A stretch of DNA of 64,000 nucleotides from Salmo salar (Eukaryota), in assembly GCF_905237065.1 (NCBI RefSeq), contig NC_059455.1, forward strand, positions 34,096,034-34,160,033, in the 5' to 3' direction. Positions within the stretch are counted from its first letter, which is position 1; each line of letters opens with the position of its first letter. The notes beneath the pieces were generated by a model. It saw only the letters and a program-made list of their open reading frames with translations, searched no databases and was not told the DNA's origin. This document shows positions 51,180 to 61,240 of the stretch, piece by piece. A program made the translations under genes and the position numbers.

Positions 51180-52140
51180 GAGGTCAGGGGCCTCATTTAA
51201 AACCGTGCGTACGTACAATATATACCCCAAAACATGTGTGGCCAGTTTTCACACAAAAGTTGGCATTTATAAAAACCTAACTTGGCCAGAGAATGTGCTC
51301 ACCTTCCCGCAAAAGTTAGACCATGCCAATGCAGTTTCTATGTGGTTGAAGCATTGCATTGCAAGCAGGCAAGTAGCCTAGTATTTCTTGCAAACGCGGG
51401 TTAAGATGGTTATGTTTGTTCATAACAAATAACAGGTTAATAACAAGATACAATCGTTTGCCGTTAGTGAGAAGAGAACATCAATTTCGTTTATCTTCGT
51501 ATTATAAAATAATTAGAAATAGGCATTTGCCTAGGCTATTATTTATTTAATTTCCATGATCATTGCAGATTAAATTCATCACCTTTTCTGTGATGGTTTC
51601 ATACTCATCAGGTAGCCTACAGGCCTACAACAAGTTAGATACCATTCTCCGTCTCTCATTTAATTGGCCCACTTCACAGTAGTAAATAGATAAGCTATTT
51701 CAAGTATTTTGCTCTATGCCATCTGATCCAGAGCACAGTTTAACAATAGAACAAACGATTGTAGACTACTTCTGTACTGTCTGAAAAACTGTAATTCAAC
51801 ATTTCTCCAGTAGACAATATTTAATTTGTAAACATAATAGATATTTTCATAACCTTGCCAGAATAAATCCCTCACCTTTTCTGCCCATTTTGGGTTCATA
51901 TTCATGAAGTATCCTAAAACAAATTACCACGGCATCTCTCATTTAATTGGGCCTATTGAATATACCACGGCTTTCAAACAATCAGTTTATAATGCTCGAT
52001 CACACACGCACTGTTTCACGACGGGTCTGATGTATACCTGGAAATATCGTGTGCGCCAAGTTTATGAATTTATATATGTTTGTATATGCGCAGTCTTGTC
52101 AGTAATGGCACACGCAGATAGTGTTAAATGAATGCAACAG
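51180..52140. repeat. Intronic insertion of about 960 bp specific to paralog D, with 'caggggcctc' inverted termini.
   Basis: Copies A and B read 'cagaattgatccaagaggccag.caggtctctgtaattgtaaaag'. Copy D reads 'cagaattgatcctagaggt[caggggcctcattt...cgaggcccctg]gatttctgtaattgtaaaatg'. Confidence 0.35.
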
Positions 52141-52406
52141 TTACGAGGCCCCTGGATTTCTGTAATTGTAAAATGTGATGTATCACACCTGGGGTTGAGA
52201 GTCCTCTTCAACAGCCAGCTCTTCGTCTCTCCACTGTGAGTTACTCTGCTTGTTCAAAACAATCTTGACTGGATATGAAGATCTCTCTGATGCCACGGGG
52301 TAAAAAACTGGAAAACAATTCTATTCAGTCAAATATTCACTCGTGTTTTTCTTCAGTTGCTCCATGATGCAATCAAATGACCATGAATAAGAACACATCT
52401 ATATAC

Positions 52407-52620
52407 CTTTTCTTCTGACTCGTCCTCGTGTCTTCTTCAACTCGCTCTCCATCATTTGCCACTTCCTTTTCAGTACATCAATATCTCGCTGGCTTTGGGT
52501 CATTTCCAAACGTATAACAGCACAGCTATCATCTACACGTTTGTTTATTTCTGCTACAGCTGCTTTAGCCAATACCTCCATAACGGATACCAACTGCGCC
52601 TGAAAATTGCAGCTGGCCAT
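52407..52620 (-). CDS. ZNF paralog D, exon 1 ('MASCNFQAQLVSVMEVLAKAAVAEINKRVDDSCAVIRLEMTQSQRDIDVLKRKWQMMESELKKTRGRVRRK').
   Basis: The ATG is at 52618-52620 on the minus strand and the donor is 'GAAAAG|GTATATA'. Confidence 0.6.
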
Positions 52621-52823
52621 CTTGTCCAGCCCAGTATTCTCTGTTATTAAGTAAATATGTTACAATTATGTAACTAGCCAATGTGCAATAAATAATAAAT
52701 TAATACAAAATTCTTACACTATGGCAAATGTTGATATTGGCCAAATTTGGCATATGTAAGAGATCGATTAAGGCCAAAAATGTTTCAAGTAAGAGATGGG
52801 TGCGTAATCACACTTCCGTTCAA

Positions 52824-52875
52824 CTCGTGACGTAAATATTTATTACCGTAAATATGAGACTGCAACAACCCTTCA
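52824..52875 (-). promoter_or_regulatory. Conserved upstream module of ZNF-D, including a cAMP-response-element (CRE)-like 'tgacgtaa'.
   Basis: The module 'ctcgtgacgtaaatatttattaccgtaaatatgagactgcaacaacccttc' lies about 210 bp upstream of the ATG. Confidence 0.3.
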
Positions 52876-52946
52876 AAATTGGTAGAATTTAGCGCTGGCA
52901 AGGCAATTTCTTCTTTTTTTACGCTTTAGTCACACAGGCGCCATTT

Positions 52947-54010
52947 TGAAACGAAAACGAGGCTGAGGTGGGAAATACTACAGTCGTGGACAAAAGTTTT
53001 GAGAATGACACAAATATAAATGTTCACAAAGCCTGCTGCCTGAGTTTGTATGATGGCAATGTGCATATACTCCATAATGTTATGAAGAGTGATCAGATGA
53101 ATTGCAAAGTCCCTCTTTGCCATGCATTTTACATTTACATTTTACATTTTAGTCATTTAGCAGACGCTCTTATCCAGAGTGACTTACAGTAGTGAATGCA
53201 TACATTTCATTAAAAAAATTCTGTGCAGGCCCCCCGTGGGAATCGAACCCACAACCTTGGCGTTGCAAACACCATGCTCTACCAACTGAGCTACAGGGAA
53301 GCATGCAAATGAACTGAATCCCCAAAAAACATTTCCACTGCATTTCAGCCCCAAAAGGACCAGCTGACATCATGTCAGTGATTCTCTCGTTAATACAGGT
53401 TGAGTGTTGATGAGGACAAGGCTGGAAATCACTCTGTCATGCTGATTGAGTTCGAATAACAGACTGGAAGCTTCAAAAGGAGGGTGGTGCTTGGAATCAT
53501 TGTTCTTCCTCTGTCAGTCATGGTTACCTGCAAGGAAACACGTGCCGTCATCATTGCTTTGCACAAAAAGGGCTTCACAGGCAAGGATATTGCTGCCAGT
53601 AAGATTGCACCTAAATCAACCATTAATTGGATCATCAAGAACTTCAAGGAGAGCGGTTCAATTGTTGTGAAGAAGGCTTCAGGGTGCCCAAGAAAGTCCA
53701 GCAAGAGCCAGGACCGTCTCCTAAAGTTGATTCAGCTGCGGAATCGGGGCACCACCAGTACAGAGCTTGCTCAGGAATGGCAGCAGGCAGGTGTGAGTGC
53801 ATCTGCACGCACAGTGAGGCGAAGACTTTTGGAGGATGGCCTGGTGTCAAGAAGGGCAGCAAAGAAGCCACTTCTCTCCAGGAAAAACATCAGGGACAGA
53901 CTGATATTCTGCAAAAGGTACAGGGACTGGACTGCTGAGGACTGGGGTAGAGTCATTTTCTCTGATGAATCCCCTTTCCGATTGTTTGGGGCATTACATC
54001 AGAATTTTAC
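52947..54010 (+). mobile_element. Tc1-like element (a family with 'tacagtcgtggacaaaagttttgagaatgacac' ends) in plus orientation, 3'-truncated, with transposase N-terminus (HTH).
   Basis: ORF 53484..54032 reads '...TCKETRAVIIALHKKGFTGKDIAASKIAPKSTINWIIKNFKESGSIVVKKASGCPRKSSKSQDRLLKLIQLRNRGTTSTELAQEWQQAGVSASARTVRRRLLEDGLVSRRAAKKPLLSRKNIRDRLIFCKRYRDWTAEDWGRVIFSDESPFRLFGA'. It ends abruptly at about 54010. Confidence 0.75.
53127..53301 (-). repeat. HpaI-type tRNA-derived SINE in reverse orientation, inserted into the 5' region of the Tc1-like element.
   Basis: 'tttacatttacattttacattttagtcatttagcagacgctcttatccagagtgacttacagt...ggccccccgtgggaatcgaacccacaaccttggcgttgcaaacaccatgctctaccaactgagctacagggaag' is the reverse complement of a tRNA-like head plus tail. 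It is flanked by direct 'catgca' at 53121-53126 and 53302-53307. Confidence 0.7.
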
Positions 54011-55430
54011 AAATTATTTTCTGAACAAGTAGCTCCCTTCCTATTTGAAGTCTTTTTAGAGAGTATTAAAAACAATGTTCTCCCTCCTACAATAAGTCAG
54101 GGGTTAATAACACTGATACCTAAGCCTAAAAAAGAAGTGCTGCTCGTCGATAACTGGCGTCCAATTTGTCTTCTTAATAATGACTAGAAGATATTAGCTT
54201 TATTACTTGCAAAAAGAATTAAAGAAGTCCTGGATGCAATCATTGATGAAACACAGTGGGGCTTTATGAGGAACATATTTCTAACGATGTCAGACTAGTA
54301 TTAGACATACTTGACTACTCAGACCTAATAACCGAGGATAGCTTCATATTATTTTTAGATTTTTATAAAGCATTTGACACAGTAGAGCATCAGTTTCTCT
54401 TCCACTCCCTTGAGAGACTTGGCTTTGGGGATTTTTTCTGTAAGGCTATTAAGATTCTCTATACAAATGGTAACAGCTCTATCAAATTGAAATATGGCAC
54501 CTCACCTAGATTTGAGTTAAAGAGAGGGATTAGGCAAGGTCGTCCTATCTCTCTGTACCTGTTTTTATTAATCACCCAACTTCTTTTAAATTCTTTAAAT
54601 AATAGTCCTGTACAAGGTATTTCCATAGCTGGTAAAGAAATTATTATAAGCCAGCTGGCTGACAATACTACACTTATCCTGAAAGATGCTAACCAAATTC
54701 CCATATCGATCAATGTGATACAAACCTTTTCCAAAGCGTCTGGTCTATATCTTAACATTAATAAATGTGAACTCATGGCTGTCAAAACTTGTGTGACACC
54801 TTCATATTATGGTATTCCAGTGAAAGAAGAACTTACATATTTTGGCATAACCATTACAAAGGAGGCTTACTAAATGTTAACCCTCTTATTAAAAACACCC
54901 AGAAGAAACTAAATAAATGGCTACAGAGGGACTTATCTTTAAAAGGAAGAGACCTTCAGCCTTGGTTATTAGGAATCTCCAGACTAACATATGACGCTCT
55001 ATCTTTATATCTCGACAGTAAAATAAGCAAGGAGATAGACCAGATGCTTTTCAACTTTCTGTGGAGAAACCATACCCATTACATTAGGAAAACTGTTGTA
55101 ATGAACACTTATGAGAATGGTGGGCTGAATTTTCTGGACTTTACTACCTTAAATAATACTTTTAAGATCAATTGGATAAAACAATTCCTAAGAAGAATTT
55201 TATTCCTCATCATGTCTTCTCTACTTTTGGTGGATTTAACTTCATGTTGGTTTGCAATTATAATATTGACAAAGTTCCAGTGAAACGTTCTGCTTTTCTT
55301 CGGCAGGTTATTTTGTCATGGTCCTTAATTTATAAGCATAATTTTTCTCCACACAGATATTATATATGGAATAATTGGGATATATATGTTATAAAAATAC
55401 TTCTTTGTTTTTAGAATATTGGTTCCCGAA

Positions 55431-55700
55431 ATAATATCCTATTGGTGAGCCAACTGGTAAATAATATCCTATTGGTGAGCCAACTGGTAAATAATATCCT
55501 ATTGGTGAGCCAACTGGTAAATAATATCCTATTGGTGAGCCAACTGGTAAATAATATCCTATTGGTGAGCCAACTGGTAAATAATATCCTATTGGTGAGC
55601 CAACTGGTAAATAATATCCTATTGGTGAGCCAACTGGTAAATAATATCCTATTGGTGAGCCAACTGGTAAATAATATCCTATTGGTGAGCCAACTGGTAA
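55431..55700 (+). repeat. Perfect 30-bp minisatellite in 9 copies ('ataatatcctattggtgagccaactggtaa'), in frame within the LINE ORF2 remnant (LVSQLVNNIL repeated 9 times).
   Basis: Nine identical units are visible directly. A degenerate tenth unit precedes them ('gaatattggttcccgaa'). Confidence 0.95.
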
Positions 55701-56608
55701 ATGCAGAGGGTCTTTTACTCAGTTATAAGGAATTCTTATCACTTTACAAGGTCCCTGTAACACCTAAAGATTTTGCAATTGTTTTAGATGCCATTCCCTC
55801 AGGTGTTGCTTTATTATTATTTTGGTGAGTTTCATATTTATTAAACATGTGGAACTCTAAGTACGCTGCGCCTTGGTCTACTCCTTTTGACGAGCGTGAC
55901 AGAAGATCCCACCACCAAAGGACCAAGCAGCGTGCCCAGGAGGAGCAGGGATCCTGGGCTAGGGAGAAGAGAGAGTGGAGGACGTCCTGGACCTGGGAGG
56001 AGGTAATGGCAGGGGACAAGACCCTGCCATGGAAGCAGGTGGAGACGGCGCAAGTGGAACGGCGATGCTATGAGGAGCTAGCCCAACAACGGAAGCCCGA
56101 GAGGCAGCGCCCCAAACATTTTTTTGGGGGGCACACGGGGAAATTGGCGAAGTCAGGGTTGAGACCTGAGCCAACTCCCCGTGGGGAGCGAGTGACCGAG
56201 CAAGCACCGTGTTATGCGGTGATGCGCACTGTGTCGCCAGTGCGCACTCACAGCCCGCTGCGCTCGGTGCAAGCTCCTCACTGTTGTCATGCTAGAGTTG
56301 GCCGTCAGCCAGGAAGAAGTGTGCCGGCTCAGCGTTCCTGGTCTCCAGTGCGTCTCTTCGGCCCAGGTTATCCTGCGCCAGCTCTACGCACGGTACCCCC
56401 CGTTCACCAGCACAGCCCAGTTCGTCCTGTGCTAGTGCTCCGCCCTTGCTGGGCTAAAATAACCATCCAGCCAGGACGGGGTGTGCCAGCCCTAAGCTCC
56501 AGACCTCCAGTGCGCCTCCACGGCCCAGTATACCCTGTGCCTGCTTTGCGCACCCAGTCTCCTGTGCGTCTCCTCAGTCTGGTGAGACCGGTTCCAGCTC
56601 TACGTAGG

Positions 56609-56812
56609 AAGCCTCCAGTGATGATCTGTGGTCCGAAGCCTCTAGTGATGATCCATGGCACGAAGCCTCTAGTGATGATCCATGGCCCGGAGCCTGTAGG
56701 GATGATCCATGGCACGAAGCCTCTAGTGATGATCCATGGCCCGGAGCCTGTAGGGATGATCCATGGCACGAAGCCTCTAGTGATAATCCATGGCCCGGAG
56801 CCTGTAGGGATC
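56609..56812 (+). repeat. 27-bp tandem repeat of about 7.5 copies ('gcctctagtgatgatccatggcacgaa' with variants).
   Basis: The units alternate between the variants 'gcctctagtgatgatccatggcacgaa' and 'gcctgtagggatgatccatggcccgga'. They translate as PLVMIHGTK and PEPVGMIHG. Confidence 0.85.
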
Positions 56813-59109
56813 TTGTTTTTGTGTAGCTGCCTGTGAGCAGCCCAGAACGTTACGTTTCGTTTTCTTCTGTATTGTTTTTGGTGAGTTTCATATTTATTAA
56901 ACATGTGGAACTCTAGGTACGCTGCGCCTTGGTCTACTCCTTTTGACGAGCGTGACACTTACACTATTGTGGAGAGATATACTGCTTGGATTCTTTACCT
57001 ACGATGGAAGTAAGCTGAAATATTTGTATGTAATTCATTTCATTATTCTTTTGGCCAAATTTCATATTCACAAATGTAAATTTACAAACAAAAAAACACA
57101 TTTTCTTACCTTACCTTACATAAATAAAAAAACTTGCTAGCTAATTTGTCCTATTTAGCTAGCTTGCTGTTGCTTGCTAATTTGTACTGGGATATAAACA
57201 GTGAGTTGGTATTTTACCTGAAATGCACAAGGTCCTCTACTCCGCCAATTAATCCACACATAAAACTGTCAACCGAATCGTTTCTAGTCATCTCTCTTCC
57301 TTCCAGTCTTTTTCTTCTCTTGACTTTATATTGCGATTGGCAACTTTCATAAATTAGGTGCATTACCACCACTGACCTCGATCGTCTTTCAGTCACCCAC
57401 GTGGGTATAACCAATAAGGAGATGGCACGTGGGTACCTGCTTCTATAAACCAATGTGGAGATGGGAGAGGCAGGACTTGCAGCGCGATCTGCGTCAGAAA
57501 TAGAACTGATTTCTATTTTAGCCCTTGGCAACGCAGATGCTCGTTGGCGCGCGCGAGCAGTATGGGTGCAATAATTGAATAACATAGATTTCAAAATTTA
57601 TTTTGCAGCGCATGTGATGCAAGCTGTGTGGTCAGTCTGTTAGGTGGTGTCGTGCAGATGGAATGATCAAGCAGGGAAGCAGTGGATTAAAGGGGTGATA
57701 ACAGGAGTGCCTGTGAGTATTAGCATTCAGTAGGTAAGGGACAATTTCAGAGGAGGCGTTCTAGTAAATGTTCATAGATTGCAAGCAACAAGGGGTGAAG
57801 TTAGGGCAGATAGCCCGTATATTCTGTTACACTTCAAGGACCAGGTACTTCCAAATAAAGTAACCATTGGGTATATGAGTTATTATGTGAGGGCATATGT
57901 ACCGAAGCCTTTAAGATGTTATAAATGCCAGAGGTTTGGGCATGTGGCAACAGCATGTAAAGAGAAAAAGAGATGTGCCAGGTGTGGAGGGGAGCATGAG
58001 TATGGGAAATGTGGGGATGGTGTAAAACCAAAGAGTTGCAGCTGTGGGGGTGCTCATAATGTGGCATATAGTGGTTGTGAGGCTATGAAGCTGGCAGTGG
58101 AGGTGCAACAAGTGTGAGTGGAGAGAAGAGTGTCTTATGCTGAGGCAGTGAGGGTGGTCTAGGTCCAGAGAGATACAGGTTCAAGAGAGAGATGGGTAGG
58201 AGCATCTAGATCGGGGATTACGGGGCAGGTGGGTGGCGATATGGTATACATAGATAAGAAAAAGTTGGTGACGTTCATAGCAGGAGTTATCACTCGCACT
58301 GCTGAAGTAAAGTCTAAAAGATTAAGCTACTAGTGGAAGCTGCTGGGAGACATCTGAGTATGACAGGGTTGACATGGGAAGAGGTTCAAGATGACCTCAA
58401 TCAGCCGAGGGTGGAGTCATGTATTACTGGATCTTAGTTATGGTGGTAGTACTACAATGGAATGCTCGAAGCCTGTTGGCTAATGGGCAGGAGTTCAAGA
58501 AGTTCATGGTGGATATGCCAGCTAAACCTGATGTGATTTGTGTGCAGGAAACATGGCTCAAACCGAATGTGGAGTTTATAATACAGGGATACGTAGTGGT
58601 TCATAGGGACAGAGGTGTGTGTGTGGGGGGGACTTCCCTACAGGATGCTAGGCAAAGGTATTGAACAGGAATATGTGGAGGTATGGTTGAGAGGAGGGAT
58701 GATAGTGGTAGTGAACTACTATAATCTGTGCCAGGTATTGGACCTAGAAGAGTTGGAGAGGGTGAAGGGCCAGAATAGAAGTAAGGAGTGAACATTACCC
58801 CATAGTATGCACAGTAGGCCAAAGGGAGGAGGTGTCAGTGGATGGAGTAGCAGGTGGGTTTTGAAAGGGCAAAGTTGGATCAGTTTCAGGAGTTAAGTGA
58901 GTGGGTGATGACTTGGGTGGATTTGAGAGGGGAAGTGGATAGTATGAATAACTGGGTGAGAGCAGCTTTAGTGAGAGCAGCAACTGAAGCGAGAGAGAGA
59001 ACGAGAGAGGAGCATCCTGGAGTGCTGGATAGGAGGGTGGATGTAAATGATGCATTGAATATGTTGGTCAATTTCTTCAACAGATGATCAGGTCTATATA
59101 ATTATCAAA

Positions 59110-59448
59110 CATAAACTCAGCAAAAAAATAAACGTCTTCTCACTGTCAACTGCGTTTATTTTCAGCAAACGTGTAAATATTTGTATGAACATAACAAGAT
59201 TCAACAACTGAGACATAAACTGAACAAGTTCCACAGACATGTGACTAAAAGAAATTAAATAATGTGTCCCTAAACAAAGAGGGGGTCAAAATCAAAAGTA
59301 ACAGTCAGTATCTGGTGTGGCCACCAGCTGCATTAAGTACTGCAGTGCATCTCCTCCTCATGGACTGCACCAGATTTGAATTTTATGAATTATCTTTGAA
59401 AGACAGGGTCCGGAAAAAGGGACGTTTCTTTTTTTGCTGAGTTTACAT
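59110..59448. mobile_element. MITE-like internal-deletion derivative (339 bp) of the Tc1/mariner family at 23114-24595.
   Basis: The left '...cataaactcagcaaaaaaataaacgtcttctcactgtcaactgcgtttattttcagcaaac...' and the right '...gtccggaaaaagggacgtttctttttttgctgagtttacat' match the two ends of the 23114-24595 element. The transposase region is absent. Confidence 0.7.
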
Positions 59449-60589
59449 TAGTAATGGAAAGGAAACACAGACTCTTTGTTTAAGTATTAAAATTCTCCTT
59501 TAGTAATACAATTGTCAGTAGAAGTTGGTACAGAGTACAGTATATGATAGCTCTCCCCAGGTTCTGCAAGGTGTCTAAGACATCCTGTAACTCATATAGC
59601 CTCTCCCAGTCCTCCTTGCGTAAGTTTCCCTGGCAACAACATTTTAATAAATCTAACCTCCCCCTGACAGCAGCAACCATCTTGTCAGCAATTAAAAGCT
59701 CAGAAGTGGGTTTGACCGAAACTTGACCTTTAATCACAAGTATAGGGTCATAACAAGGTGAATGAGTCCAAGCATCTTCTGATGAAAACAGCCACCTGTC
59801 AGGCCTGCGGCAGCCTTATGTTCTCAGAAAACCAGTCGTATTCTCAGAATGTCAGATAGCCAGGTGGGGCCCAGACAGGAGGAGTATGAACGTAGGCAGT
59901 TTCCGCTTTCTGATGGTGTCTGAAGGGCACAACACTCAAAACAGATGTTAACACACACACACACAGAGGTCTCCTAAAGAGGAGACCTTACAGTTTATCA
60001 TAACACAATTTATTAACCCTTTAAAAGGTATGAGGCATTGGTTTAACCCCTTCATTCCCCCCTTTGAGGCCACAAGGCCTCAACAAAAGCAATGTAGCTC
60101 AAGCATAGTGATTATAAGAATCATCCATAAAAGGTGCATTAGATTGCAAGCAATCCTCAGGAGATTGAGGATAGCAATAAGGGTCTGGGTGTACTCTAAT
60201 CTATTATGATGGTTGTGACATCTTCTGGCAGTGCAATAGGTGTTGATTGTGTCTTGGCATCATTCCATATTTCTCCAAGTTCTTGATACATTCTACCTGG
60301 TGGTGGAGAAGAATCATCGCCTTGGTCTGACATGGGAACAGGTCCCTGCGTCTACATACTCAGAAGGGTTAAGCCTCTCCTGAAGACAGCCTTCCTGGTA
60401 ACTTCCGACTGCCCTCCTTGGCTTGGGACTTTGTCTCTCTCAGAGTCTAGAGGACAAACACCTGGAGCCAGTAGCTCATTCAGGAGTAATGGATAGATTC
60501 CTTCAAATTTATCTCCACAGTAGGGAGGGGGTGGAGCATATGGTGGAGCGCTGCATTCTAGAGGAAACTTCTGTTTTTATTTTTCCGAT

Positions 60590-60910
60590 ATTTTACCAGG
60601 TAAGTTGACTGAGAACACGTTCTCATTTACAGCAATATTTTTACATTACATTTTAGTCATTTAGCAGAAGCTCTTATCCAGAGCGACTTACAGTAGTGAA
60701 TGCATACATTTCATTTCATGCATTTTTTTTGTACTGGCCCCCCGTGGGAATCGAACCCACAACCCTGGTGTTGCACACACCATGCTTTACCAACTGATCC
60801 ACAGGGAAGACTGGGGAATAGTTACAGGGGGAGGAGGGGGATGAATGAGCCAATTGTAAACTGGGGATTATTAGGTGACCGTGATGGTTTGAGGGGCCAG
60901 ATTGGGAATT

Positions 60911-60944
<34 letters not shown>

Positions 60945-61240
60945 ACAATAAGTGCCATGGGCTCTTTAATGACCTCAGAGAGGTCAGGACACCCGTTTAA
61001 CATCCCATCCGAAAGACGGCACCCTACACAGGGCAGTGTCCCCAATCACTGCCCTGGGGCATTGGGATATTTTTTAGACCAGAGGAAAGAGTGCCTACTA
61101 CTGGCCCTCCAACACCACTTCCAGCAGCATCTGGTCTCCCATCCAGGGACTGACCAGGACCAACCCTGCTTAGCTTCAGAAGCAAGCCAGCAGTGGTGTA
61201 GGCAGAAGTTGGTCAGAGTACAGTATATGATAGTTTAGTC
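60590..61240. repeat. Composite interspersed repeat containing an HpaI-type SINE in reverse orientation (60630-60800).
   Basis: 'acattttagtcatttagcagaagctcttatccagagcgacttacagt...ggccccccgtgggaatcgaacccacaaccctggtgttgcacacaccatgctttaccaactgatccacagggaag' is flanked by the sequence shared with 7200-7640. Confidence 0.5.

Larger units (their letters stand above)
54010..56950 (+). mobile_element. 5'-truncated LINE (L1/Tx1-like RT plus ORF2 C-terminus) in plus orientation, with internal tandem-repeat expansions.
   Basis: Plus-strand frames read '...LIPKPKKEVLLVDNWRPICLLNNDYKILALLLAKRIKEVLDAIIDETQWGFMRNI...' and 'FILFLDFYKAFDTVEHQFLFHSLERLGFGDFFCKAIKILYTNGNSSIKLKYGTSPRFELKRGIRQGRPISLYLFLL...ISQLADNTTLILKD...SGLYLNINKCELMAV'. 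The 3' end '...tatactgcttggattc...cacaaatgtaaatttacaaacaaaaaaacac' is near 57110. Confidence 0.7.

Noticed and set aside
53127-53301. tRNA-like sequence ('cttccctgtagctcagttggtagagcatggtgtttgcaacgccaaggttgtgggttcgattcccacgggg' in reverse complement), considered as a tRNA gene
   Set aside because: It is the tRNA-derived head of an HpaI-type SINE, fused to the canonical SINE tail and flanked by a TSD. The same holds for 60700-60800, 46020-46310 and 28500-28960.
55431-55700. The 30-bp direct-repeat array, considered as a CRISPR array
   Set aside because: The units are contiguous with no spacers. The context is eukaryotic, inside a LINE ORF2, and no cas genes are nearby. It is a minisatellite.
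55847-56836. The 329-codon Pro/Arg-rich ORF (and the antisense 184-codon ORF at 56404..56958), considered as a host gene
   Set aside because: It is built from nested tandem repeats and is embedded in, and bounded by duplicated sequence of, a LINE. It has no start context or splice signals and low complexity. I keep it as a finding but not as a CDS.
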